Assembly (NCBI GenBank): GCA_964036045.1
Contig: OZ038378.1
Location: 198,772,001-198,836,000, forward strand
Direction: 5' to 3'
Origin: Eutreptiella sp. 'Long Island Sound 2002'
Lineage: Eukaryota; Protista; Euglenida
DNA length: 64,000 nucleotides
The notes beneath the pieces were generated by a model. The model was not told where the DNA came from and ran no database searches. It worked only from the letters and a program-made list of their open reading frames with translations. The first letter of the stretch is position 1; each line of letters begins with the position of its first letter. The position numbers were made by a program, and so were the translations under genes. Positions 10,696 through 25,092 of the stretch are shown here, piece after piece.

Positions 10696-12899
10696 TCCGG
10701 GGGCGCACGCGACGCACGTGTCGCGCCGCGGGTCTGTCGGCCCCGGAGGCGGTGCTGCCCGGGACTTGGCAGTGGACCGGCGGCGGCCGGTGCGGATTCG
10801 ATGGCTGTGGGCACTTCGGCGGCGGCCGTGGCGGTTCGCCGGCGATGGAGTTGAGGGCGGACGGAGCCCAGCAGCCCCACTCCCCCCCCTCCCCCGCCGC
10901 CGCCGCCGCTGCTGCTCCGTGACATTCGACGTCTCTGCCTTTGTGCGAGTTCCCCTGCCCTTTGATCCCCCCCCCTCCCCCCGCCCCCCCCGACGGTGCA
11001 GCTCAGCACCGCTGACTCTGTCCCTCGTCGGGCGCTGGCGCTCTACTCGGGGCTGCGCAGCGGCAGCGCCCCCCCCCTCCGTCAATCGGGTGGCCGTACA
11101 AGGCATCGCTTAGTGGCCCCTTTCCATTGGACCGCCGGCGCACTTCACGAAGGTCTTGTCAGTCACTTCCCCCGGCGTCTCTTTCACTCGCCCAAACTGC
11201 AGTCGTTGCTCCAGTGCACTATGGCCCAGGGATGGATCTAATTTTCGCGCCACTCTGGGGGGGGGGGGGGGGGTAGTGAATCGTGACTTGTCACGATATA
11301 TATAAAGGGCCATAATGGGAAATGACTGGTTCGGAAGATATTGTGACGTCCAAAGGGCTCCATGGTACTTTTTTGTGACGGATATTGTGACACTTTGTCA
11401 CAATATGGGGAGGTCGGCTGTTGGGGGGGGGGTGAGGGGGACCCACCCCCCCACTTCTATCCATCCCTGCTACGGCCCCGTTCGCCCCCCCCCCCCCCCC
11501 CTGCCCCGTTTCCCCTGTTTCCCTGCGTTTGCTGCGAATGCCCCACCACATTTCCCTCCCTCCGTTTGTCCCACATTCCCGATGTCAGTGTCGCCCGTGC
11601 CGTGTTGTGAGGTGCAGAGCGCTAAGCCTCAAAAGGGGATGGGATTGGGGCTGGGCGGCGAGGGGGGGCTGGGTGTTTTGGGGGGGGGGGGGGCTTGGGG
11701 AAGGTGGGCTGTGTCTGTACCATTCCTCTGCAATCCATCCCCATCAGGCTATCACTTAAGGAGAACCCCCCCGGGGGGGTGGGGGGGTCAGAGGCCGAAA
11801 AAAAGTTTGTGTACCCAAAATTGGCCTCAAATTTCCGGCCCCCTTAATAAATTTCATTTTTTGCCGGAGGAAAATTTTTCTGATGTGGGGGGGTGGGGGG
11901 GTCGGCCGGGGCTGGCCAGGGCCCCGAACAACCCCCCCCCCCCCCCCGACCCCGGGGTCAATACGCAATAGCCTCCCCCCCGTTTCGCCCATTTCTACTC
12001 CATTTTGCGGCTCCAGCACAGGCGATGGTATCCCACGTTTACAATGAACGGAGCGCTGCACTCAGACCTGCATCATCCTTCCGATCCGGCAACTTCATGA
12101 GGCAGTGTTACTCCATCAATGCCTTTGTGGCTCTTGTGCTCCTTGTTCTGGGGCTTCGACCATTGCCCCCACTCCCCGTCTGGGGCGGTTGTGTCGCAGT
12201 CACATGACGGGCCCTCTTGCTGACCCTTGCCTTTTCCCGTTGCGCATTCACGGGTCTGTCCGTTCCCGGGGGCCCGGGAGGTAGACTGCACCATTCTTGA
12301 ACCAAAGAATTCCATGTTTCTGCTCCGACCCGGATGCGGTGTTTGCATGCCCTTTTGGTGGCTTAGGCATTTTGTGGCTGTTCCATCGTCACCCTGGGCG
12401 GTGATCCACACAGGGAGTCAGCCTCGTTCCAGTCTGCGTGCACTGAGTGTCCCACGGAAGGGGCGGATCAACCGCAAACGTGTGCTGTTGATGAGCAAAC
12501 GGGCAGCAAATGTGCCTTTTTTGTTGTTTCGTTTTAATTATGGTTCGAAAACAACGTGAGCCCCCCCCCCCCCCCGACTCATGTTCTTGCTCCGTCGACT
12601 GAGTGTATGGTCCGTCTGCATAACAGCCCGAGTTTTGTATGGCATCGTCCGACTGCTGAACAGTGCTGGTGCCTCTTTGGCGAGAAGGAGATTATGGCCT
12701 GCACCTCTGAGACATTGCCGGTGGCAGCGCCGGCGCTTATGCTGCAAATCCATGATGAGGGTGTAGAAGGGGGTGGGGAGGCCCATTCTCATGTAGACCG
12801 GCCGCAGTTCTACTGCAGTGCACATGGCTTATCTGTTTTTCCTGCTGTTATACATCCGCGATTACAGCCGTCCCCAGTTTCTCTGGAGGTGTGGCTGCG

Positions 12900-12904
<5 letters not shown>

Positions 12905-12953
<49 letters not shown>
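12905..12953. repeat. (CTG)n microsatellite
   Basis: Directly visible, about 16 units. Confidence 0.95.
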
Positions 12954-12955
<2 letters not shown>

Positions 12956-13749
12956 GGCGTCAAGTCCTCCGTGCAGTCAATTGTAATTGTTTGTACATAT
13001 ACACCGGCAGAGAACTGTGGGCCACTTCTCCGCAAAGTTTATGCGAAATTTGGATTTTGCCGCCAACACTCTGCCCTTGTCCCCCGCGAAGAATTGCACT
13101 GACCCAAACCCCCCGTGAGCGCATCGTCCAAGACACGGCGAACCGGTGCCGCCCCGCAGGTGTACTCGATTTGCGCTCGATGTACTGTGAGGAATGGTGG
13201 GGCGGTTTGGGAGGGTCACCGCCACCGTCAGTAGTATCTTCAGGACACCGCATGGCCAAGTGGCAATGGCCGGACGCATTGCAATGCCTCGGGCCGCAAC
13301 AAGTGCATTGCAGATTGTCGGGGTCTGGGCATGGTCTGTGCTGCTGTGGCCCTGGTACGTGCGCAACGTTCCATCCAAGCCCCCAACCAGGGCTTCTTTA
13401 GAATAATTAAAAACCAAGGGGGGGGGGGGCGACCCCTCCCCCAAAACCCCCCTCCCCCCCTCCCCAGACCAAAGTGACCATAATGCGAAAAAACGAAATT
13501 TACAATAGGGAAAATCTGGTCAGGCCATTTTTGGTACACCAAGTTTTGGGTCCAAAGCCCCCATCCCCCCCTCCCCCCCCTGCTGCTCAAAAGAAGCCCT
13601 GCCCGCAACCCCTTGTGCACACTTGTGCACGGAGCGCCATCATTTCGCCCCGGGAGCATCCACCTTTGGTATCCCTTCAATGGATTCTTCCTGCCGGTTG
13701 GCGTCCCTCAGGGTCCTCAGGGAGGCCTTGATGCCCCCCTCACCTGCAC

Positions 13750-15250
13750 CTCCTCATCTGCACGCTCCCATTCCGTCCGGCTTCAGTGACTTCTTACTGC
13801 GCTGGGGCCTACCTGCCGCATAGTGCGGCAGACCTCCCAGAGGACACACGGGGCACGCAATACTGCGGATTCCACAAGTCTGGGCCAAAGCGGGCAGTGA
13901 GCGAGCTTGTGGTACTCTGGTCCCCCCTGCTTCTCTCCATCCAAGGCCCACATACACCACAACCCAGTGGGTGGGCACCCCAAACTTGGATACTTGCGTC
14001 ACAGCGGGACGCATGATGGCGGGGTTTGATGGGATGTATGCGCTTTCTCAGTTTGAGAGGCTGGCGCCGAACCCTGGATGCTTTGGTACATTTCTACTGC
14101 AGGAACTGGCCACTGCATCCCACAGCCGTCTGTATTGTTTAGGTATCACCCGATTTGCTGATATTTCATTGGCATTTGTTGAATTTGCCTCAGAAGCAAA
14201 GCTGCGGCAGAATCGCTGATTGAGTAAGTGTTACAGTCTTAGGAGACGGTGAGCACTGGTGACTCCTTTGATTCGGTTGGTCTAGCAGACTTTGGAACTG
14301 ATTTCGTGTGCAGAAGAAGTCTTCCTCCACTCCTTCCACCGGGGGGCATGATATTTGATGTGTGTGTGCCATGTGCCGCAGTGCAGACAATCTGTAGAGT
14401 ACCTTCCCAAGTAGTGCTGCGAAATGTAGTGGCGGTGTGGTTTAGGATATTGGCAGCATTGTGCACCATCTGTTTGTTTTGGATACCACTGATTTTAGTC
14501 CTTTCGGCTTCGTTGTCCCAGTTTCGGCAGCTATTGCTACTCAATATGAAGAATGCCGTTCATGCAATGCCCACATGATACAAGCTTTTGGAACCAAAGT
14601 GCCTACTAAGACCTGTATGAGGCCTTGTTACATCCCTTATTGCCCATCGCCATCCTTTTCTTGGCTTGCCCTTGCAGCACTACACCATGGTGTACAGCAT
14701 GCGACCTAACCGGCAGCAGCCACGTGAACGCACGGGGCATGGCCAGGCTACCACTGAGCAAACATGACCTGAGTCAGTTGTGGAGCCTGTTGTTCTGTCG
14801 GCGCCGAAGGCACCCTGCGACGCGACCCCGGGGGAAGCAACGGTGGGACTCAGTGCCCTCAAGCCCATGGCCTATGCTTCTAAATATGCACACACTCACT
14901 CTCTCTCAATTCTGCATCCCTTTCTTGACCATCCCCTTCTTTTGTTTCCCGACGCATTTTGTCATGTCCTTCAACTCTACAAGTCCAAGTCCACCTGCAA
15001 GAGTGGATGGTGCTGTGATGAAGGAGACAGTAGATGCCCATCTTGATTTGGTATCGCAAGTGCCCATTTTACAACCACAACCAGATTGGTCATGCTACCC
15101 CTGGGTGGAGGCTATTGCTTCAACTTGCACACCTCTGTTGGAATTTTGCCCCTGCCACCCCGCTTGCTGCCCATTTGCATTCACTGGTCGTCACACAGCT
15201 GACACAGGTGATCTGCTTTTGATGAGGTAGTCAAATACCAGCTATCTACT
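13750..15250 (-). mobile_element. Possible decayed non-LTR (LINE-like) 3' region
   Basis: The minus strand gives ITAPSTLAGGLGL (14995-14981; post-RT GGLG-like motif) and, about 1.1 kb downstream, ACPVCPLGGLPHY (13855-13844; knuckle-like). Many stops; no RT core seen. Confidence 0.35.
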
Positions 15251-17339
15251 TTGTGGTGGATTTTTGGGCAGTTGACGCTGGATTGCACTGGATTTGAAAA
15301 ATGTGACGCTGGATTGGCTGCTGGATTCGCCCTTCCCCAGACATCAGTTTAAGCTAAGAACGCTCTGTTGCACAAATCTAGCAGCTAGTGTTCTTAGTTC
15401 AATTGGTCTGCTGTCCAATTTTGTTGCCCACCAGGTCTGTTCTCCAATTTTCACTCTCCTCATGAAAGCAATTTGCAAATGTGGTGTGAGGGTTACAGCT
15501 ACAGTGATGGTGACATGTTACTGGGGGCGGCTAGGAGGGGTTGAATGTGGACTACATTCAGTGAGTGCATGCACATCATAGAGATGAGACGTGGTGTCAA
15601 CTGACACTGTGCACTCTGCAGAACGTGAAGAAACCGTTTGCAGACGCAGCCCACGCAGTTCGAGGAGTCTGGATATTGTGCATGTTGCCCATTCGACAAT
15701 GTACATGACCCCTCCACAGTTTATTTTTTCTGGGGTCAGCTGCTGCCCGATGTATGAACCACTGCTCTTGCTTCTGGCTGTATCAGTTGTATCTGTGGGA
15801 TTCTGTGAGATTGCACAGTCACGGCAACGCAAGGCATCGGAGGCAACAAGCAGTAGTTCCCGTAGTACGACACAGGGTACCGACACAGGGTACCGCAGCA
15901 GCAAGCAGTAGTTCCAGTAGTACATCTCAGGGCAGGGCAGCAGCGCCTACTTTGGGCAGTTCGAGTCATATAACAAACCCTCCACTGTCAGCACCAGGGA
16001 TCCCAACACCAACACCAACACGACCAACCAAAAAGCCGAGGAAGCGGACGTTGGCTTTCAAAACCCCATCCCCTTCGCCGAAAAAGAGGTCCAAGGTCAG
16101 TCCCAGTGCCTTCTGATGCTTTGCACTGGGGCCTTTATCTTGCATGCCTTCTCTCACGTGAATGTCCTTTTCCTCTCATAGAATTCCCTTGAATTGACCA
16201 TACTTGCATCCCGTTGCCCTGCTCATCCAACATGACCAGCCTGTATCATATGAACCAGAAGTGCTTTCGAAATTTAACCCACAGCTCCATCTGACTGATG
16301 CATCCTGTTTCCATGCTCGCACATCCTGTCACTGTATGCCTTGATTGCTTTTGAGTCGGGGCATTGGTTACAGCTAGATGCTGTGAATCCTGGTGTTGTC
16401 CATTAATTTTCATTACAGCTGGCATCCGCATACCCATGCAGTTTGTGAAAGCATCCTAATCCATTTGCACTGTTTGACAATACCGTTCACCAAGGGGCTT
16501 TCCTCCTGATTTTCGTTGTGCAGTGTCCCCGCATACCTCTGTGGCTGTGCCCTTGCCTCTCGTTTTTGCCTGACCTGGCTGTGCAACAGCCTTCAATCCC
16601 GCCTGCTGCCTTGGCCAAATTATGATTATTGATGAAGAGCATCACCCTCCATGGAACAATCGAAACAGACAGTTCAGAGGAGGGGTTTTTCTCACAACAA
16701 CTGCCCGGATGCATCAGTATATAAACACGTATATATGCCTATCTACATCCAGTCCATGCATGCACATCATTTGTGTCGAAGATTGATGGCTTGATGGCAA
16801 AGGTGATACAGAGTCCACAGGGGTCTAATGTCTCTCTAGCATGGTCACCCTCTACACCTCTGGCACAATTATGCAGCATCACAATTCTGCATGAATTAGT
16901 CCCCTTCTGTGTCTTTGCCACTAATGCATTTGTGTGATGTCGCGGTTCAGCTTTGCAAAGTGACGTTGTCGTAGTGGTTGTTGCAGAGATGTTGGCTTTG
17001 ACTGCTGCGCACACCTCACAGCAAAACCTCTACAGTATTTGCAGCAAATAGAACGGAATGCAGCGCACCGGACACCAGAGGCGCCAGGAGGAAGTACTGT
17101 CCCATCCAGTGAGGTCTTTGTCAGCCGGATTGCTGTTGGACACCCAGGAGGTAACAGTACATGCAGCCGCATGAATATGTCCGACAAACTGTCAACACGG
17201 AGGGTCAACATGCCAGGCACCCTCGAGCATTTTTGGCAGGAGCACGCACGAGGGTGGAAGGTGCACATGAGCCAGCATTCTCAACTCATCGAGGCGGAGA
17301 TGGAGGTGGTACAAGAGTACAAGAGACGAGGCCAGTTAG

Positions 17340-17580
17340 GACTGGGGGGCGCACTTAGCGCAGTGCGTGCACAGTGCATTTGGGCCTCTTGCCGCACTAG
17401 AAACCAATATTTTGTGGTACTAGGGGAATCCTTGGTGTTTGATAACAGGTATTTGGATGCTTCTTCTGCATAGGGGATTTGCTATGCTTGGATTTTCACC
17501 CAATTTCATCCACTTTCACCTATTTTCACTCACTGTGTCTTCTGCTTTCTAGGTTGATTTCTCCTCCCTAGGCAGCCCTC
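17340..17580. repeat. Interspersed repeat with a same-orientation copy at 63683-63945
   Basis: Both begin GGGGGCGCACTTAGCGCAGTGCG and share TACTAGGGG, GGATTTTCACC and CTAGGTTGATTTCTCC. Confidence 0.88.
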
Positions 17581-18559
17581 AACGTGGGCACTATACAGCA
17601 GCCTCCGTTGATTCGCATCCTGCATAGGATCAATTGTGGGGTTGAAGATGAGCATGCAAACAAGCCTGCACGTGAAGATCAACCATCAGACAAAGAGTAG
17701 CCCAAGGATCAGAGGATGCATGGTGGGCATGGGTTGCGTGCCATTTGCCAGTCGCGCCATGTGACTTGGGCACACAACTGGCTTGTGGAGTGCCCAGCAT
17801 GGGAACGGGAGTGTGGGTGGAGAGCCGGGGACCACGGTCCACATCAAAGGAAACGTGGTATAACCAATCAACCCCAGAGGACACGTAGAAAATGAGCAGG
17901 CTACAAATACTTGAATCCTTGGTTGGGAGCTTGGAACAATCCCTCAAAAGGGAGCTACGGCGACACATGGCACTGCACCAGCATCGCATGATGTGGGGTC
18001 GGACAGCTCCCTGGCCCTCCGAGAGAACGGGACTACGGTGGCACTTCCTTAGTCCCGGCCATGCATGGCGCATTATGGGCATGGAAGGTGAATCCCCAAC
18101 CCCAAAGAAGAACCTTTTGGACCAAGTGGGTTATTGTCCACAAAAGTTTGCCATGGGAAAAGGACCCAACAAAAAAACCCAATAAGACGGACAAGGTGAT
18201 GCACGGATACAAAAGAAAATTCGGGCTTTGTTGCTAGGGGTACCCACTAGAACACGGAAGGCACAACTACTCCGCATGTTGAATCCAATACCGCCAAGAC
18301 CATCAGGTGCTGCAAATGTACGGATGGTGATCTCGGAAGCGGTGGAACCCAGGTGGTGCCTCTTGTTTGCCCCTAAACTGCACCTGTCTATGGGGTGTAG
18401 AGAACTATGAAGGACACACTTCAACTCATAGAGGTAGATGCAAAGTGGATCATTGGGATGAGACATGAAGTGCCCCCCCCCCCCCCCTGCAATCTACCAC
18501 CCCTTGCAATCCCCCCCCACCTCGGAGACCGTCACTACCATGTTTTTCTAGTTAAATAA

Positions 18560-21500
18560 TGTTTAGCAATAAACAATAGTTTAAACACAACAACAGCAGA
18601 CCGGGACATTGTCTGTTTGAGGGGTGGCTAGGGACCTGCATTGGGGAGGGTTTGTGGGACCCCTTCGCTTTGTCATTGTGCAGTTTGATGATTTTAGCCG
18701 CCAATCGGTATTGCAATTGATTGTAGCTGCTTTGTTCGCTCATTAAGGAGTTGGAGCAGTGTGCCCCAAGCTAAGAAGCGCAAAATTGTTTTTGCTGTGG
18801 ATTCCGAAATGCCAGATGCCAATACTGATCAGTATCGTCAATGGCAAGATTGGCGTGACAAAACGGGAGCCACTGATGTGGATGTGTTGCCAATTGATGA
18901 GAGGGGCATTATGGCAGCCTAGTTTCATTCGAATTTGATGTCACATGGGTTGGACCTACAAGGTATCGACCTTTTGTTGGATGGGGCTGCCCCTGAGTTG
19001 CCAGAACATGAAACTCCGCTGTATCTAGCCATGTTTGAGAAGGCCCACTTGTGGTCTGCCTCAGGTCCGGCTTGTATGGACATTGGGGACGAAACTGCGC
19101 TGTAGGCCCTCCCGGTTCTGGATTGGACGACCATGATTGTGCTGAGCCGCTTGGGGATACGTTGTCCAAGCCCTCGACCGCCCCGGGTCCTGTGCCGGCT
19201 GTTCAAGTTCCCGGTCCTCACCGTCGTGGAGGTTTTACGCAAATTGGGTCCCAGATGCTGTATACCGCCTAAAGCACATGGTGCACCTACGATGCCTCGG
19301 GCCCACCCCCGTACCCCTGCGTGAAGTGCTCCCAGATGCATTGGTCCTGGCAAAGATGTAGTGGTGGTGACCGCAGGGCCTCGACCAATAATGCTCCTAC
19401 TCAATCCCAACAACCCCCCTCACAGCCCCAACAGCCCCAACTGCCCTTGCCGTCCCAGCCGCCCCAGCTGCCCCCGCGTCCGGGGGGGGGGGGGGGAGCA
19501 ATGTGGGTGACGTCCCGGAGCAAGGGCCCTTTGACACGGGCGTCCTCGCAGGGCCCTGTGAACAGGCCGACTCCTCGGATCAAGTTGGCTTCTTCGGGAC
19601 GGCCGTCCTTGACGCCAAATGTGCTGACCCCGTGGACTGTGACCAAGCCTTAGCACTTGGGCGCTAGGCGCCGGGATCACTTACCACGTGGATCCGTATG
19701 CTGCGGGCACTCAACAAAACGGCCACCGCCTATCCGGAGTTGTCCAGGGCTGAGGCCCTTGCACAACACGTTCGACTGCTCGCAGCCGCATGTCGCCGGT
19801 CCATCACGCTCCCTGGCGTGCCCAGTGCAGTCCGCATGTGTGAAAAAATCGGGATCTTCCCCACTACTTTCCAACCCCTCCATTGGGCAATGGCGGCAGG
19901 GGCAGACAGAGTTACCCCAGAAATGTTGGCGCACATGGCAGCCAAAGTGGTGTGCTTGGGGGCTCTTCGGGGAGAACATAGTCTAAAAGTAGCGCGCAGT
20001 GCAAAGACTCCCCCTTTATCACTCCAAACGTGCAGGGCGCTAGGTAACAACTTCCCTTGGGGCATGGGGAGAAGCGTGGCGAAGCTCTATTGCTAGATCC
20101 CCACAAGTCCAAGCCCGGTCCCAGTATTTGCCGGCAGCCATTAGTGCACGGGCATTGCAGGCCTCCCTAAGGCAATTGCTCTATGCATCTGGATATCATG
20201 ATGCCGGGTGGCACTGCTGGCGCCGAATGGGTGCCGCCCTCCTCGCTTGGGCAGGGGCCGCCCTCTGGGTTATTGCGAGGTGGGGATGCTGGCACAGCGA
20301 ACACCAGGCCCAATACTACTCATCCCCGCCCCTGCATTGGAGTGTATCCTTCCCCATCTTGCTTCCCTGGCTGCTGCGAGAACACAAAGTTGAACACAGG
20401 TCTACGGCCGCCTTCCAAATCTGGCGTGAAAACCTTGTATCAGTGGTCCAACACCCCCGCCAGACACTAGAGGTCATCGTCTTGGACGGGAGTGAGTCCA
20501 TTGAAGATTGGTCACCCACTAGCCCCCTGCCTTACCCCAGGGTACTAGGGCTTGCTTGCACATCTCGTGGAGTATGGGCAGTCAAATCGGTTTGCCGACG
20601 ATCAACCCACTGTGACTCTGTCTGGGTCCCTGAAAAATAACACAGGCTGCCCCAGGAAAATCCGGGTACCAATCAGGCCACGTTGCCGCCTACGACGACC
20701 CCTGAATTGGTCTCCAAAGCCACTACCGTGTCACAGCACTACTCAAGCACCAGAGCCCATGCAGCCCGCCGTTCGCGAGGCCCTACAGGTGCTCACCCGT
20801 CTGGAGAAGTGTGTGACCTGCGGTTTCGACTGGGGTGATCACTTTTCTGAAGCTGCTCAGCGATTCACCCACCTGTGGAGGCTGCCATATGGCACCATCC
20901 TTCCCCTCCTACATTCCTACATGTGTGGTGGTCAAAGACCCTGAAATGGGTTTGTGACAGGCCTGATGATGTTTCTGCTGTTAGGGAATGTGAGCTTGGC
21001 TTAGCTGAGGCAGTCCTGCATCATCTTGCTATGTTAGGACCACCGGATTCCGCCAGTTCCCCAGAGTTGCGCCAGCCGGTTCCGCCACTCAGATGCTGAT
21101 AGAAGTGGCGCAACGGGGTATTGGACCTAGGTCTATCTTTGTGCCCCGAGACCTGTGGTCGGTGTGGTCGGACCCACAGTTTCAATGGGCTGGCGTTCAT
21201 GCACCTTCGCAGCCTCCTTCGCCCCGTCCTAAGGCTGCCGCCATGTTAAAGGCCTTGTTTGCGGAGGGATTGTTAGCCCGCACCTGTGACCCTGCCAATG
21301 CCTAGGTCTTTGTTGAACAGAAACCTGCCGAAAAGGCGGCACTCATGGTAAATATGGTTAAGTTGAATCACAGTTGTTCCTATAAGGCGTGCCTGTTTCG
21401 CCTTCCTACTCTTGAAGGCCTCTGCCACACCCTCCGCTCTTTTTTTGGCGAGGCATGGGCCTTTAGGTTGGATTTGCAGAATTGTTATTGGTCCATCCAT

Positions 21501-22550
21501 TTGCCGCCACCGCTTGTGAATACAATTCACGTTGCTGCTGGTGTTGATCACTATGCTATCATTAGGGTCCCATTTGGATGGCACCAGGCCCTTGGCCTGG
21601 TGCAGCATCGGATTGCGCGGGTTCTAGACAGCATAGATAGTGAGTCTACTGTCATTGTACAATATTTGGATGACTTGCTTTTTGTTGGTCGGCATAAAGT
21701 TACAATGGGGGCGGTGGCCCACCGTGCTGCTGCTACGCTTGAAAGGGAAGGGTATCTTATCAGTCCCAAGAGCCAGTTAGACCCTGTACAGAATGTTTCT
21801 TGGATGGGCAAGCAAATTTGTTTGCCTGCACCACGAATTGCCCCTTCAATTCCCTTTGTGGCGGACGTAGTTGCCAAGTGGTTGAAGCTGGCGGTCCGCC
21901 CTTACAATTACAAAAATCTACGCCGCCTTTCAGGCAAACTGGTTTGGCTTGGTAGACCTAGGTCGTTGGCGGGATCTTTTTTGGCAGGACCACATGCATG
22001 GCTTAACTCAGGCCCATATACTTCAAGGAAAGTGCCGTTTGCTATGGTGAGGGCGCTTCTGGAGGCCTTGGCCTATTCTTTTCGTGGTTGGGAACGTTCC
22101 CCTGCTGCCTCCTCTCCCCCTGTTCGGGGTTTTGCTGATGCACCTCCCGATCCCCGTCATCTATGCTACTTTGTTGTTGGGTTGTGGTCTAAGTTCGGCA
22201 CGACCATTCGCCGTTGTTGTGGCCCTAGATGAATTTCATTTTGTTTCCTGCCCCCATTTGCAGTTAGTGTTAGATAACATGGGCACATTATCTCAATTGC
22301 TTTGGGGTCGGGCGAAAACACACCTCTCCCCACGGCACCGTATTTTGCGCAGGTTGTGCCATCGGTTGCGTTGGAGCGGAGCACTGCTCAGTTTGTGTGG
22401 AGTCAGCATTTAACGCAACTGACCCGGTTAGCAGGACATTTGATTTTGCTTCAGGTACAGAAGTAGTGATACAAGTAGGAGCGCGTGCTTGCTTCTATGC
22501 GGCGTCGGCACACACCTGATGGGGTCATGTGGCGGATAAGACGGGGGGGG
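18560..22550 (+). mobile_element. Decayed tyrosine-recombinase retrotransposon, gag-YR-RT-RNaseH order (VIPER/TATE-like)
   Basis: Broken gag-like frames with CVKCSQMHWSWQRC (19318-19359). YR motifs GALRGE, HCWRRMG (20212) and RWGCWHS...YY (20314). RT DLQNCYWSI, VPFGW, YLDD (21663) and SPKS...WMGKQ. RNase H FAD, LDN and NxxDPVSR (~22410-22432). Several stops and frameshifts; ends approximate. Confidence 0.88.
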
Positions 22551-25092
22551 GGGGGCAAATGGCGATTTTAAACATCTATTGCACTAGTTTGTGTTGCCCA
22601 TCTGCTTTACACATGGCCTTGCATTGCTTTCCCATTACTTCAAATCAACTTGTGTGCATTTTGTGATGTTCTCTCTCCAAAGGTGTTGTATGGGTGTACT
22701 GTGTTGCTATTTCGGACCCAAGATGTTTACTTCCGGTGACTGTGTACAATACCACTCGTGCACACTTGATGCACATGTGTCGGCCACTGTCGTGGGCCCT
22801 TCACCAAATGGGCCACAGTTTTGCCACATTCGGTACATACGCCTTGGTGGGGTCACTCAGGTGGATCATGAGAGCGCCCAACTCTCAAGGCTAGAGGCTA
22901 TGGCGGTACCACAATGTGCCTTGAAATACCCTCACAATCACCCCACCCCACCCCACCCCAGGAGACCGTCACTTGGCGACCCCCCCCCCCCCCTCGGCCG
23001 CGAGACCGTCACACGCTAACTTGGGAGATTGCAAGGGGGGCGGCGGGTAGGAATTGCCATGGTAGATGTTGTGCAATTGCTATGGCTCGTGGAACGGTGG
23101 TGGCTGTACCACTCTCAGCAAATGTATCGTGCGAGCCGCACAGATTGTTTAATTACCCACTAGGTGCTAACCCCATGTCTCTACCGGATTTAGTCAACCA
23201 TATTCCCGACTCGATCCCACCCTAGCTTGTTAAGCTAGTGGACTGCTTAGCACTGGGGGTAGGAACTATACTGAGATCGCCCGTCCCCAGCTAGGCACAA
23301 AAGGTGTCACATTGTCGTCTCTCTTGGGCCACCGCTACCCTGCACTTGTAGAGGTTAGACAACCTTTTCTCTGCTTCACGTTATCCCTTAGATTTTGGAA
23401 ACCCCTATTACGTAAGGTTCCAACCATGTAATGAGAACGTGAACCCATGAAGCAAACAACTGTTTGGCCCATGGCTGAACAGTTGTTTCCCTAGGAGACC
23501 CTCGAAGCATGACACTGTGTGATGCCCTTTGGGGTTTCTAACCTATCAACTTTTTGCATGTCATCAGGTCCGATTTACACTACCGGTAGCCCGTTCATAC
23601 GCCACGGGGTGACAGCTGTATTGTCTTCAAATCGAGCCGAGCCGCAGCTTGGTGAAGCAAATGGCGGGTGATCGGGGCCCACACGGAGGCTTGGAGTTGG
23701 CACCGTGTGCGCGTTTGTCGCCCGAAGCGTGGGCCCGTAAGTGAGTCACGTCCAGCACACATATTATGGGACATACTGCACAGGGCCCTGCCACTCTGGT
23801 AACACAGTCATTGGGTGGTTTGTGTTTCTTGGCGGCCCTCCCGCATGATCGCACAGGTCATCACTGCTCTGGTCATGCGGCCCTACGGCCCTGCACGTTG
23901 TTGCCGTCCCTTGAAACGGGACCGCGGTCCACGGCTGCTGGTGGCTTGAAGGGGACTTGAGCTGAAGTCAAATGAAAGCGCGTTATGCCACACACATGTG
24001 CCTCAAACATGGGCCGGGACCAGAGAAAGTGGGGCTTCAGACGAGGGCTGCGGGACCAGTGGGGACCCGGGGGTGGCGTAACGCATCTCAGTCTTTAATG
24101 CAGCCTTCCCATCCGGCATCGTCAACTCAACCAGCCCCGAGGCCCACTGCCCTGTGTTTTGCGGGTCCTCAATGAGTTGCGCAATAGGCTGCACAGAGGC
24201 CCCCTGTTTTCCTCACAGGAGCAACCACGGCGAACGAAAACCAGCATGACGTGCGCACCGAAAACAGAAAGAAAACAGTTTCACTGTCGCCTGTGGGCAA
24301 TGTCACGACGCCGAGTAAGCCCTATGAAGTGCCCGATGCATGGCTTACATAGATGCCCAATTGCCCGCTGCAAGCACGTTGTCCCGGTAAGAAGGATGCC
24401 TAATTGCCTGTAGCAAACACACGGTTGGCGTGACGCCCCCCCCCCCCCCCCCAAAGAACACTTCAATGCCCCGAGCTACTCACTATTTTTCGTCGTGCGA
24501 GACGACATGTTACAGCAATGGCTGTTACAAACTGTATTAGCTAGAAGTTGAAATGCAAATTGGTTGACTGCAATACACCTTCCCCATGAACGCATCCTTG
24601 CGTCGCCCCCCCCCCCCCCGCGCAAGTACACCGTTATTCTAACACAGCAACCCTGTGTTTCTGCACTTTTTGGGATTTTTTGGAATCATTGTTTTTGCGG
24701 TTCCAAGTATACGGAAATGTGGGTTGTAGGTTTGTGCAGGCTGTAGGAGTGGTTAAGTTGGGTGTCACAGTGTGGGTGTAGCTGGAATTGCATGTGCTCT
24801 TGTGTTGTGGTGTGTATGCTGGCCTGTTGGGCACCATTCTGTAGTCATGAGCAATTTCATTTTTACTGCCAGGGTACCCGTCACATACTAGCGGTACACG
24901 AATGATGTGTTTGTGCCTGCTCAAGTTTTGGGTCACACAGGGTGAGCAGTGTATTCACGGTTCGTCTGAGCGCAATGGTGATGAACAAGAGCATGATGCC
25001 CCCTTGGATCATGTCATTCGATCACCACCACCCTCAAATTGGGAACCCTCACTGCCTGCCGCGCCTGAGCGTGGCCAGTCCCCCGTGTGCAG

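Noticed and set aside
9690-11106. 439-aa and 452-aa minus-strand ORFs
   Set aside because: Antisense shadows of the very GC-rich last ITPR exon; no motifs.
12443-12451. CTGAGTGTC as a second SL relic
   Set aside because: Only 9 nt, with no U-tract/CG end; expected by chance.
12556-13401. 281-aa ORF with poly-Leu
   Set aside because: The poly-Leu/Cys/Gln is a (CTG)n microsatellite; nothing recognisable in the rest.
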